In this document: piece after piece, positions 24,836-38,494 of the stretch
Layout of the letters: each line of letters begins with the position of its first letter
Position numbering within the stretch: the stretch's first letter is position 1
Source of the DNA: Ruditapes philippinarum
Taxonomy: Eukaryota
DNA: 64,000 nucleotides
Assembly (NCBI RefSeq): GCF_026571515.1
Contig: NW_026852469.1
Span: 124,001-188,000 of the forward strand
Reading direction: 5' to 3'
Made by a program: the position numbers and the translations under genes
The notes under the pieces: generated by a model
Databases searched by the model: none
What the model saw: the letters and a program-made list of their open reading frames with translations, nothing else
What the model was told of the DNA's origin: nothing

Positions 24836-27293
24836 TTTTTGAAATAATAAGAATTATATACGTTTTTCTATTTCTCAGCATATATTTTTATATAATTATA
24901 TAATTAGTACATTTAGAGTGATTTGGTACTTTGTTTGGAAGTAAAAATACTTCTTTACTTTAGGTTTATATTTTGATATTTTGCTACTTTTATAACAAAT
25001 AATTTCACATTCATCACTACATTTTTCTGGTGACAAGCATCATAAATGCTATAAAATCAATATTAAACCCATGTTTGCCAAATATAGTCATTTCTGAGGT
25101 TCACTATGTATTTCAACGCTAGACAATATGGTTGTTTTATTTCAATACTTTTTATCGATTTGTTGGAATATCAAACTAAAGAAATTAATGTTTAAGTTGT
25201 ATATTGCATTAAATCATATCGAAAATGTTTGCTCAACAAAATTCTTTAATACATTTACCCTTACAATTGTGAATATGTTTAATGGACGTGTCCTGCTTTT
25301 AATTTTTTTATATTTAGGTAAAAAAGATTGATTTAATGCAGATTCAATGTAGTGAATAATGTACGAGAAAAGTAAGATTATACATAATTGAAGTTATAGA
25401 TGCTTGTTTTCAGAATTTAAACTGATTCGGAACTATAACCTTTATTTCCGTCAATCTGACTCTCTTTGTTATTGGAAACAGATACTGAGCATCATTTTTT
25501 GTCCTTTTTCTCTTAAATGTATTATTATCAATAAAGCAAAGATGTGTTTTTATTTGGCATTGTTTTTGTGATGCTTATTTAACTAAAGATAATTGACAGT
25601 ATATAATTTTTGGCTTAATATTTAGAATCAACCGGACTCGAACATTGCAAACAACCCTTTTAGCATTTGTTTTTTGTAAACATATTTTTTTCAGATTGTG
25701 TAAGTATAATCCATGGTTTTACCAATGAATTAGAAAGCAACATTTTAGTTTTCGGAATTAGCTTTGATAAATATTTATGTTACCAATTTTCTTCCGAATA
25801 TTAAGTTGTAAATATTTATGTATTAAGCATATTTACAGCAAAAGATTTTCTTTTGATGTATGTAAAACATGGAAATCGAAAATCAACAGTTTATTTTCTC
25901 CACAGCTCTAGCTAATGTTTTATCATAGATGATTAAGCAATTACTTTGGTGCAACATATCGGATGAGAAAACAATTATTGAAAAATATACTTTAACAAAA
26001 TACAATTACTAGTAGTGTCGAAATTCATAAACAAATACAATTACGTATATAGTTAAATGTGTAAATATGGAATAATCAGTCACGTGTATCTTTTTTCTAT
26101 TATTGTACTTGAATGAAGCGATTTCACTTTTACAGTACAAAGTCTGGCAAAGTATAGCTTAATTGCCCAAAACAATTAAACTGTGCAAATAATATACAAT
26201 AATATAAAACATTTCCTATGACAATATATTGATGATATAAAATCTAAAAGCGACATATGCATAACAAATCAAGATATTTGGAAAACAGAAAGCATTGTCT
26301 GATGACTTTCACATCTGCATAGATTTCAAATTGTCACTCTTCATATACACATAAAATGATCAAGTTATTTTAATGATAATAGTTTGGGTTTAATTTGAGT
26401 AAATTGCCGAACTTTCCAGGTTTTGGTTGGTGCCTTCTGGGTGCCCTACTTTGGTGTGTCGGGCGCTGCATCCTGTGAATGTTGCCTTTGTCTTGTTGAT
26501 CTTACTTATTGTCTTTTTTTTCTTTCCTGGCAAAAACATTAGATTATAGACTTAACATATCGAACTCATGCATATGAAAATTCCTTTTTCAGTTGCAAAG
26601 CTGCCATTGAACAAGACGCGTGATTTACTGTGGAATGACACAATTCAACGATCTGTCTCCAGTCTACCAACGATGTTAAAAGATCGTCCATTATAATAAC
26701 TTATTTCATATTTAAGGCAATGCTACTATGTCAAGTTATTGATCAAGCATCAATGAGAAAAAACGTGGATAAATTGTATCAATAAGTACGGTGGCATAGA
26801 GGGGACATCTATCACGTGCGCACGCGATGGGGGACATCAAAAATATTTTATCTATCAAGTGCGCACGCGATGGGGGACGTCGGAAATTTTTATCTATCAC
26901 GTGCGCACGCGATGGGGGACATCAGAGATATTTTATCTATCACGTGCGCACGCGATAGAGGACATCAGAAATATTTTATCTGTCACGTGCGCACGCGATG
27001 GGGAACATCGGAAAATATTAAAGTACCACGTGCGCACGCGATAGCTACCACATGCGCACGCTATGACTACTACGTGCGCACACGATAGCTACTATGTGCG
27101 CACGTACAATTTATAACGTGCGCACGCGAAAGCTTTTAATTTCAAACAATTAATGAATAAGCACTTCCCTGTCCATTTGAGAAATGGAAGGTATTACGTG
27201 CGCACGTAGTAGTTATCGCGTGCGCACGTAGTAGCTATCGCGTGCGCACGTAGTAGCTGTCGCGTGCGCACGTATTAGTAGTAGCGTACGCAC

Positions 27294-27500
27294 TGTCCGC
27301 AAGAAAACTACATATATTTACGCTATTATCTACGTTACGTCTTACCGCGCTATTTGACGTCAACGTCACTTCTGACGTATGTTGTTATTGTTTATATATT
27401 ACTGTTGAGATTTTGTACACATTGAATCGAGAGTCAATACAGATCGAACCTACACAACGCCTTTGTATTATTACTTCCAATATACGAAACCACTTCCACA
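27294..27500 (+). repeat. 5' LTR
   Basis: TGTCCG...TCCACA; 206/207 identical to the 3' LTR. Confidence 0.97.
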
Positions 27501-27531
27501 TTGGTGCCGTTTGTATAGCTATTGACTAATC

Positions 27532-30500
27532 ATGAATCTACAGAAGCTTATTTCAACAAGAGAAGGTCATCGCAGAATTGTTCAGAGAAAATTAGCAGCA
27601 ATTGATCAAAATGAGGAAATGTCATCTCTAGAAATTTCATCACTCATAGATTATCTGACAGAGAAAGCTACGATAATTAAAGGATTGAATGAAAAAATCA
27701 TGTGACGATATTGAAACAGAAATCGTGGAAAGTGAAGAATATTCATACGATTTGGATCTGAGGATTCAAAAATTAAGCGAGACTTACCGGAAGCATACTC
27801 AAGACTTAACAAACAATAGTTCCGTTGATCAAGAAAAAAACCCTAAGGAACCTAGACATACGAGTTCGAGTACATTTGCGCAACATAAACTCCCAAAACT
27901 TACCATACCTAATTTTGACGGAGATCTTACCAACTGGCAGACTTTCTGGGACTCTTATGAGTCATCTATTCATCTGAATTCTACGTTATCGGACGTTCAG
28001 AAGTTCAACTTCTTGCGATCTCTGGTTCAAGGTATAGCAGCACGGTGTATAGGCGGGTTTCCGTTGACGAATGCGAACTATTCAAAGGCAGTGAGTCTTC
28101 TAAGGGAGCGCTTCGGACAACCACAGACGATAATTTATAGATACATGCAGTCCTTGCTTGAACTTCCAAGACCTAGCAACAATGTAGTAAGTTTACAATG
28201 TTTTTATGATAAAATGGAAACTTTTATCAGAGGTTTAGAATCACTTGGGCAGTCACAGGAATCTTACGGTAGCTTATTAATACCAATAATTTTAGAGAAG
28301 TTACCAGGCATAATGAAGCAAAATATGGCACGTGAACATCGCAGTGTAAACTGGGAATTACAAGAGTAAAGGTCAGCTATCTGTAAAGAAATTTCTTTCA
28401 CGGAAGCACGTATTTCTACTAGTGATATTATCAACCGTGAACCTGATGTTCATATTCCCACAGCATCATTCTTTACTGGAACTAGACAAAGTACAAATGA
28501 ATGTAAAAATGAACGTAAGAAAGACGTCAATTTTCGGGAAACTTTCAAGAAAGTTTGTCCTTTTTGTAGTGATGAACATTCCCCAAACGAGTGCAGAAAG
28601 GTTACATCTTATGAATCGCGTATAGACATTGTAAAAAGAGAACATTTGTGTTTAACTGTTTACGGAAACATCAAGTATCGGCATGTCGTTCCACAAATAG
28701 ATGTCGTCACTGTCAGCGCAAACATCATTCAAGTATCTGTGACAAATCTGCTAAGCAATCAAACTCAAAGCTGAATCCCAATGCCGCAAGTTTCACCATA
28801 CCAGCTACTTCCGGTGTTTCAAATCAACCCGAGGCTGCAATTCTACACTCTACCACTGAGCTAAGACATGACGTTCTTCTGAAGACAGCCGTTGCACAGA
28901 TATGTTTTAACAGCGTTTCATTGGAAACAAATATTCTTTTTGATGAGGGAGCTCAGCGTTCTTTTATCACTGAAGAATTAGCGGAGAAACTACAAATTAA
29001 GCAGACCGGAAGTGAAGTCGTTCATTTAGCATCGTTTGGTGATACTAGCCAAAGAGTACGACACATGAGGTAATGTTGTATACAACTTATTACAGACGAC
29101 AATGAGAAAATATGCATTGATGTTTTGATTGTTCCAAAGATAGCCGTACCGCTGCGAAATATTAATCAGAATATATTAGCCCTCCCATACTTGCATGGTT
29201 TAAAGCTAGCTCATCCAGTTACAAATGACAGAGATTTTGAGATATCGTTACTGATTGGAGCAGATTCATATTGGAAAATTGTTCAAGATAAGGTTGTCCG
29301 AGGGAATGGTCCAACAGCGGTGCAGTCGAGACTTGGATATCTTTTATCCGGTCCACTTCCGGTTTCCAACTTTCCAGCGTCAATACAACACCAACTTCCG
29401 GTTTCTACACTTACAGCGTCCACATCCCAACAGCCTCCAGTTCCCGCACAAGAAACGTCCACCCATTTGTTGAACATTCTAACGTCCTCCCCAGATTCCT
29501 TTGATATTGAGAGATTTTGGAAGCTTGAGTCTCTTGGTATATCTCAAGAAGAAGAGAACCCTGAGGCTACATACCTAGAAAACTACCAGCGTGATTCAAT
29601 CACCTACAATAACGGACGTTACACAGCCAAACTGCCTTGGAAAGAAGATCACGCTATCTTACCAACGAATTATGATATCACCAAGAAACGCACTGAAAAC
29701 GTAATCAGACGTTTACGTCAAGATCCTAGTAGTCTACAAACGTATGGAGAAATAATCAATGATCAAGAAAAGAGAGGTTTTATTGAGAAGGTAGACGAAG
29801 GTATCACACCCCAACACAAGATACATTACATTCCCCACCACGGCGTCAAGAAAGACTCAGTCACAACACCGATACGCATCGTATATGATTGTAGTTGTCA
29901 TCAGTCACGTAACCAACCAAGCTTAAATGACTGTTTGAAGTCTACGCCACCAGAGCTAAACGATCTCACTCAAATTCTTATCCGTTTTCGGTTACACAGA
30001 TATGCTGTTACTACCGACATAGAGAAGGCTTTTCTACAAATACAGCTTGCAGAAGAAGACAGAGATGTTACAAGATTTCTTTGGTTAAGTGACTCCAAAA
30101 ATCCCGACAGTACTTTGATCACCTACAGGTTTAAAGCAGTTCTGTTTGGTGCAACATGTTCCCCGTTCATTCTTAATGCAACGATTTTAAAACATCTAGC
30201 AAGTAACAGTGATGTATGGGTCAGTAGTATTTTAAGAAGAGATTTGTACGTGGACAACGTTTTGTCAAGCTTTGAAGATGGAAACCAGGCACTTGCTTAC
30301 TTCCATGATTCACGAAAGCTTATGTCGTCTGCAAACTTTAACTTACGCTCTTGGAATTAAAATAGCCAGAAACTACGAAATTTAGCCTTAAACTACGACT
30401 TACAAGATAGAGATAAAATCACAAAGATACTTGGAATGCGATGGAATACAGAAACAGATATGTTGACTTTCCAACAAACCTATATACCAGTCACAGATAC

Positions 30501-32832
30501 TACAACGAAACGAGAAATCTTGCGACATACGTCAAAAATGTTCGATCCTCTTGGTCTACTTAGTCGGTTACGGTACGTGCTAAGATTATATTGCAACAAA
30601 TTTGGGAAGTTCGATTGGGATACTCCACTTCCAGCAAATATACAAAAGAGGTGGAAAAATCTTGCTACAGATTTGACTACACTATCCACCACTCAATACA
30701 GACGTTGCTATTTTCCCGGAGCAGACGAGAAAATTAGACAAGCAGACGACCATTCACATACTACCTTACACGTGTTTGTAGATGCTAGTCAGTCATCATA
30801 TGGAGCTGCAGCTTACCTTTCCAATGGTCAAAATACATCACTAATTATGGCAAAGAATCGTGTGGCACCTCTTAAAAAACTTACGTTACCCCGACTAGAA
30901 TTAATGGCAGCTGTAATAGGTGCTCGACTTTTAAGCCACATAAAGAAGACATTAAAACACACAAATTTCTATCTTTGGTCAGACAGTCAGATTGTTTTAC
31001 ATTGGTTAGAAACAGCTAAAACTTTACCCCGCTTCGTGAGGAACAGAGTCGAAGAAATACAAAAACTGACCGGGGACCGGAAATGGAAATACTGTCCAAC
31101 CAACTTTAACCCAGCAGATTTACTTACCCGTGGTATAACAGCGATCCAGTTAGTCAATAACAGCCTTTGGCAATATGGACCATCCTGGATCAACAATCAA
31201 TCAAAATGACCTACATGGAATCCAAAAGATGCAACAGTACTTACAGCTTCCTTATATGACACTTCCGGTCATGAAACCAACACTTCCAGTCCAGACCCTA
31301 GCACTATCAGTACTGTTACCACAACTAGCGAGCAAGGCATTCATAGAGTTATTGATATTGACAGATTCGGTTCATACCAGAAACTATTACGTGTTACTGC
31401 ATATGTGATGAGATTCATACAAAACAGCAAAAGTTCTAAAAAGAGACTCGAACCCCTGTCCCCCAATGAATTACTTCAAGCTGAGAAATTATGGCTAATA
31501 GACTGTCAGTCCAGTACTTATCCAGCAGAGATCAGCAACATGAGATCAAGTAAATCCCGCTCACAGCTTGTCAAACAACTTCGACTATTTTTAGATAACG
31601 ATGGCGGAATCCGTTGCGGAGGTCGAATTCACAATGCCCCATTGGTCGAGAGTTCGAAATTCCCTTACCTGTTACCATCAAAACATAAGTTGACCCGTTT
31701 GATTGTACTTCATTACCATCAAAAAATACTACATGCTGGAGTAAATTCTACAATTACTTATATACGACAGAAGTTTTGGATACCTGCTATTCGTCAATGT
31801 GTAAAGACAATTCTTCGAAAATGTGTCATTTGCCGGAAAGTCGTTGGCCAAGCATACTCACCCCCAGATCCTCCTCCGTTTCCCAGATATCGAGTACAAG
31901 ATACCGTTCCATTTACAGTGACAGGTGTAGACTTTACAGGCGCACTTTATGTCAGAACTAAAGACGGAATTGAAACAAAAGCATATATTTGTTTATTTAC
32001 GTGTGCCTCCACACGAGCGGTGCACTTAGAACTCGTGCCAGATTTGACAGAAGACTCCTTTCTACAAGCATTTAGAAGATTCAGCAGCCGAAAATCTTTA
32101 CCACATGTCATGATCTCTGATAATGCTTCAACATTTATGGCTGCATCCAACCATATAACACGTTTGTTCGAGTCCCGACATGTACATGACACACTTTCAA
32201 GTCATGGTACCACGTGGAAATTCATACCTAAGCGTGCACCTTGGTATGGAGGGTGGTGGGAAAGGTTAATTGGACTCACAAAGACAGCTCTCAAGAAAAC
32301 CCTAGGCCGTACCTACGTTACATACGACTCTTTGCAGACTGTCATAACCGAGATAGAAGCCGTTATGAATGACCGTCCGTTAACATATGTCTCGTCCGGC
32401 AATCGCCCAGAACCAGAACCATTAACACCAGCCCATCTTTTATATGGTAGACGCATTACCACATTACCGTATCATGACACTGTTGATGAAACGGACCTAA
32501 GTTTGAGCCTTGGGAAACAACAGAACATTACACAACGTGCCAGAGTTCAGATTAAAATCATAGAAGACTTCCGTAAGAGATGGAGACATGATTACCTAAC
32601 TGCTCTTCGTGAACAACATCGTACATCCGGAAAAAATAAACAATCCATATCAGTTGGTGACGTAGTACAAGTTCACGATGACATTCCACGTGCACAATGG
32701 AAATTGGCGGTCGTTGAACAACTCGTGCACGGGAGAGATGGACTCGTTCGGTCGGCGAAAATTAGAACAGACAGTGGTGTTACCAATAGACCGATAGTGA
32801 AACTTTTTCCTTTGGAAGTTACAGAACTTTAA
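27532..32832 (+). pseudogene. Disrupted BEL/Pao gag-pol polyprotein
   Basis: Gag (KLPKLTIPNFDGD), Cys/His knuckles, protease LFDEGAQRSF, RT DIEKAFLQ and YVDN, RNase H FVDAS, integrase HHCC plus VDFTG/SDNA/WERL. Stops at 28367, 29071, 30358 and 31207; frameshifts near 27703, 28652, 30564 and 30608. Confidence 0.93.
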
Positions 32833-33042
32833 CTATGAAATAATATTCATGCATAGTGACACTTCAAAAGACTGTATTAATAACGATAATAACCATAATA
32901 TTTTGACAAATGAATGCTTAGAGACGATACTTACTTATTTAAATTACTCTTTGATATTGCTGATAAGTTATTTCTGAACATACTGCTTAAATATTCTTAA
33001 ATCTTTGTGTAATAAGTGTTAAACATTTCGCGGCCCCCAGTA

Positions 33043-33249
33043 TGTCCGCAAGAAAACTACATATATTTACGCTATTATCTACGTTACGTCTTACCGCGCT
33101 ATTTGACGTCAACGTCACTTCTGACGTATGTTGTTATTGTTTATATATTACTGTTGAGATTTTGTACACATTGAATCGAGAGTCAATACAAATCGAACCT
33201 ACACAACGCCTTTGTATTATTACTTCCAATATACGAAACCACTTCCACA
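33043..33249 (+). repeat. 3' LTR
   Basis: Direct repeat of 27294-27500 with a single mismatch (27442 G vs 33191 A). Confidence 0.97.
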
Positions 33250-34975
33250 CGCACGTAGTAGCTATCGCGTGCGCACGTAGTAGTTTTCGCGTGCGAACGT
33301 GATAGAAATAATATGTCTGATGTCCACATCCCGTGAGCACGTGATAGATAAAATATTTCTGATGTCCCCCATCGCGTGCGCACTTGATAGATAAACTATT
33401 GTTGATGTCCCCTCTATGCCACCGTAAATAAGACAGTAAGTATGCATTTTCGTAAGTAATAGCATTTATGTCATTGTTGCCATTTTTATTTTTATAGAAA
33501 AGAAAAATCTAAAAAGAAAGACCGGATCAGCATCAATAAACTTAAACTTCCAAAATGTATAAATCTGTTTAAGACATAAATAAATGAAAGGAACATCTTA
33601 TTCTACAGTGTCTTTTCCATTTTCATTCAAATATCAAAAGTACTTCTTATTTATTGACTAAATGATGTATACTATGATTATAAAGAAGATACGACTGTGA
33701 ATGTTCTGTATGTCGAAATTCGGAAACTGTCGTTATGTGTTTCCATAAATCATTATTCAAAAATGCTGAAATTGTGGTAAAAAGGCACCTAAAATACATA
33801 ATAAACACAAATCCTTTAAAATAAAACTGAAAATTCCTGTCGGTGCTGCCTTTAATATTAGTTATTACCTTCCCAAATTGAACTAATTTCAAGGAGTAAA
33901 CAGTTTAAATCATTATTGTGCTTCCAGCTTGAATTATTCCATGTAATGATTTTAGATTTCATCATTCCATTCATTTTATTGTTTCATCATGTTATCTTGT
34001 TCATTAAAATAACTCGAAACCAATTTTAAAAAAAAACTTAGTTTCACTACACATTTTCTCCAACTATGACAAATATAAATATACTTAATGAAAACTAATG
34101 GACATTCAATAACAACTATGTCATACTTGTTTTAGAATATTTTTGGCTATAAATCTAACCAAAAATGAAATTCAATATGTTCGGCTCACTCCTGTTTATT
34201 GACCAATACAACGCAACCTGGTCTTCTAAAACACAAAACGTTGGATCTCACGTGAGTTGCTGTAAATTATCATATAACTTTAGACATGTTATAATGTCGA
34301 ATTATTGTTTTTCAGCTTGATAAAAGTTTATTTTCAAACAGCAAACAAAATATATGTATCATCTTACATTGTGCTAATTTATTTAATCTTTTTTAAATAA
34401 GATAAACACAATTATTCTAGAGATCTATATAATTATAGCTTTACAAAAAGTAACATTTCCTTGATAATGCACTTAGACATACGTCTCAAAACTTCGTGTG
34501 AAATTTTGAGGTTATTTATAAAAAAAATTTTTTACTTTATGTTTGCCACTGTATGTTTGCCACATCGTTTTCATTGGATAATGGTGACGTTTATATTTAC
34601 ATGTATACTATATACACGAATGCTTTAAGTTTAAAAGCAAATATCTTCTTCAATAATAGAAGAAGTTTTCTGCATAATAATTTCGTTATAAACATTACCG
34701 ACAGGTTCCATAACATTAATAAACGGTTGTTTGCTATTCCTAGCACAGATATCATTTAGGCAAACGTAGGTTTTAGAAGATTTTTCGATCTTCAACATAA
34801 TTCCATGCCAACAATAAATGAGATGTCTAGTATTTTTATGGACACTTTTGCTATTATTGATATTTACACAGTGCAACATAATAAAATCGTTTTATAAGAT
34901 ATAAACACCATAACTTGTGCTTGAAATATGAACATGCTGAAAACTACACTGACTAATGTACATCTAATCATTTTC

Positions 34976-35397
34976 CTAATTCTGTCGAACCAAAAATCCA
35001 TGAAACATATTCCAGTGGTCTGTATTGGTACAAATACATTTCTTAGATCCAGAATGATACTTCACCCAAACCTTTGCTCCGGCCTCCAAGATTGCGGCAG
35101 TAGAGAACGAATCTCCAGTGCTCCATTTATTATAATCATCAACACCCACACTCTTTAATATCGGCTCATCATCAACAACAATTTCAAAGTATATATATTG
35201 CTCATCTGCTATACAAAGTTGAAGAGTAAAAATATAAAGTCCTGCAACAGGTGCTGTGAACATTCCGGACTGGTGGTCATATGCAGATCCAATATTCGTC
35301 AACACCGTTTGAAATATGATCACCTCTCCTGACGACGGAGATGTGTTCTTTACGTTTCTAGCTCTAAACAACACTTCATTTGTTGTACCGTCAGAAT
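34976..35397 (-). CDS. C1q-domain gene copy 3, terminal C1q exon (5' exon not found)
   Basis: Acceptor ttcttgtag|, phase 1 as in copies 1 and 2. Reads VLFRAR...TNIGSAYDHQSGMFTAPVAGLYIF...WNMFHGFLVRQN*. Confidence 0.85.
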
Positions 35398-38300
35398 CTA
35401 CAAGAATATAGATAGAACAATAATTTACATCTTCCTTTAAAAAATATCTAAATGAAAAATAATGAATAAATGTATTTAAAATAAATATGTAATTTTATCA
35501 TTAAAATGACAATTTTCAATTCAACTGACTTTTGTTGTCTCTTTTCCCCTCAAGTAATTATAACCATCTGAGCTTACGGGGGTGGCATTTATTTGAAGAA
35601 TAAATAGCTTTATGAATCTTGCAGTCAGGCATCTCGGTAGGGATAATTTCCGTGTCTACATATTTAGCGTTGTCTGACCATAGTATAATTAGTGTTGTTT
35701 GACCATAGTGTAAAATTCACAATGTATATATATTACATTGCACTAATTTATGCAACAAAAACTAAAAGTAAAGAAGTTTTCCCACCCTCCTACCCAATTT
35801 TTAGTATAATTTTGCCTTTTACAATGTTACATTGTTATGCCAATCTGCAAGGTACATTCATTATTGGTGAATTTGTTTAGATTAGTTTTCATAAGTTTGT
35901 TTCATTGATACTATATATTTAACATGGCGGTTCTTTCCCCCAACTTTGTCTTTCAAGGAAAACATTTTACAGTTGAATTCTTTCTAGTCACATTATATAT
36001 GTTTTATGCAATATTATATTTTCACTTTACCCGTCATTTTATCATTAAAATGACACTTTTCAATTCAACTGACTTTTGTTGTTTCTTTTCCCCTGAAGTC
36101 AAATATAACCATCTGAGCTTACGGAGATGGATTCATAAATGTATTTAAAATAAATATGTATTATGTCCTTAAAGTTTGACGAAATAAATTTATTTTGAGC
36201 CTATGTTTCAATATTCATATGCTTATAAAAAAGAGCATTTTGTTTCTTGAGTAGGATTTCGTGTATATCAATTTTCTTTTGTAGATTATTGACTTTGCCA
36301 TTAATTCGATTCACGGGCCCTAGAGAAATGAAATAAATATTTAACAATTTTTGTTTTTCGTGTAAATTGTCTTCTTCGTTTAATTGTGTAACAAGTCTAT
36401 GCATTTTTATAATGATTAGAAAAACAAATATAATTAATTTGTGATTCCTTTTAATTTTGTATGTTGTATCAGTTGATACTTCTTTCGCGTATTTTATTCA
36501 TCAGGCGGGAAACTCCTCTGAGCAGTGTCTACGGTTTACAAGTTATAGACACTTTTCTAAACTAAAGCTTGGATATTTGAAAAGCTCTTTTTCAGAAATG
36601 AGGAAATTCTAAATGATCTTTAATATCATCATCTTTAAGAAAGAAGATATCATATGGAATATTGCTAAGAAACAAAGATCAGCATTCAGCTAACAAAACA
36701 CATAAGCAAAATGATCGTTTCTGTTCAAAATGTTTGAAATATGTATAGATAAAAATGTTACCCTTCGTATTTTTAAACACTTTTTTGACCATTTCCTACT
36801 TAAATATCATTTACGCTTAACAACAATGACAGGCTATTTTTAAAGTTTTTTTTCCAGAAGTATTTTGGTTGATCCTTTGGTGAAATATTAAACTCTACTA
36901 CAGTGTAGTTTTGACTTAGTTAGCCTTTCAAAATATCAGGTAGCATTTTTTGTTATAAAGTTCAGAATTATGTAGCCGATAAATACCTAAATTAGTTATA
37001 TTATTTAGATTAAAAAATTTTTAATCCGAAAGGGATCCGAAAAAGATAGATAATTATTGTTAGAAAAAAAGAAGAAAAAAGTTGACTCTTTGGGTTTTAA
37101 ATCTACGACCAACTGTTTCAACGCAGTTGTAGTATTTCTTGCCTTTTTCATATTATTCAAACATAAGGTAATGCATTTGAGTGTTATGCCTTAAAAACAG
37201 TGTGTTATGTGTAAGTAAAAAATAAATTAAAAGATAGCCAACCCTATATCTATATTTCTGAACTTTCCTGAATGCTTTGTTTTGTTCGAGTTCAATTGTT
37301 CTCTGTTTTTTTGATCAACAGAATCGCTCCGTCTGCCTTCTTCTATTTTGAGATATTAAGTTACTATATGCCAGTTGCAGATTGTCTTCGTTACTTTTCT
37401 AACATTCCTCTCTGAAAGGAACTTATTAAAAACGTCTAAGAAATTTTCTTTTATACGTTCGTGTTTATCGTAAAGTTTCGTTTAATTATAAACATTCATT
37501 TTAAAGTAAAGTAAGCTGATAAAAACTTTGTATACACACGTGCTTGCCGTTTTCGTTTTCCTTTGAAGTTTTAATTCTAAAATCTTAACCACATGTTCAA
37601 AGCAAACACCTGCTTTAGATCAAAGCAAACCAGTTTCACTCTAATCCGATATTCTATGGGGTTTGCTAGAAATACATCTTTTGTTGAGAAGAAGAACACA
37701 ATTAACACGTTCGTAATTTTATAAAGATATTTGATAATAAATTTTACAGTGGAGATATGGAAATGAAAATACACATCATCAAAACTTCATTTTGAAATAT
37801 ATTATAAATCATTATAACAATAATGACGTTTCTCATTGTTAGATATTTAATTGTATGTTATCAATGATTTTGATTTTGAATTCCAGTATATAAAAAAATG
37901 TACGAATAATTCCTGCTAAGTATATATAGATATTACAGCAGTTTATACTATGTAGGAAACATTTATACATTTAATTGTCCTTGTTTTGGTGTTATATTAA
38001 CCACTCCGTAGGCAATTTCATTCTGCAATCGTTATATCACGATCAACTAAAACCGTCTGTTTTCGGTTGGACTTCCTGTAAAATTTACAATGAAGAACTG
38101 AATATATGTTAACATTTCACTGGTCAAAATTTCAATCTGAAATCTCGGAATCTGATTGGCCATTGTAAAATTAGAAGAATAACATGAAGAATTAATTAAT
38201 ATTCTAAACTATAATTTGGCATAACCCTTAATTTTAAGAACCGAAATACTATAAACTTTGGAACAATCAATGATATGATTACGAGTCCTTCAAATAAAAC

Positions 38301-38494
38301 TGTAACCGTAACAGACTCTCATTAAATATGTAGAGACTGTATTCAAGCTTAACCAACAGTGACCCACACAAAAAAAAGGGATAGGGTTGAATTTGTTAAG
38401 AGAGTTAGTAAGTATGATAAAAATAACCTCTCCAGACAAACATATCCTCTTGAAAATTGACTGCTCCTCCACTACTATTTCAGTTTAAAGATAA

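Larger units (their letters stand above)
27294..33249 (+). mobile_element. Full-length BEL/Pao LTR retrotransposon
   Basis: 207-bp TG...CA LTRs, 5-bp TSD CGCAC, PBS-like TGGTGCCG at 27502, domain order gag-PR-RT-RH-IN. Confidence 0.97.
26789..33424. mobile_element. Tc1/mariner-type MITE (~675 bp when the LTR insertion is removed) with internal CGTGCGCACG repeats
   Basis: 21-bp perfect TIR CGGTGGCATAGAGGGGACATC with TA on both sides; ~42-bp and ~20-bp tandem units arranged as inverted arms. Confidence 0.88.

Noticed and set aside
26810-27290. CRISPR-like regularly spaced repeats and MRTRWGTS ORFs
   Set aside because: The spacers are themselves repeated, there are no cas genes, the context is eukaryotic, and the array is internal to a TIR MITE. 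The ORFs are translation artefacts.
36201-37411. Leader exons for C1q copy 3
   Set aside because: No signal peptide, internal stops, and no convincing phase 1 donor.
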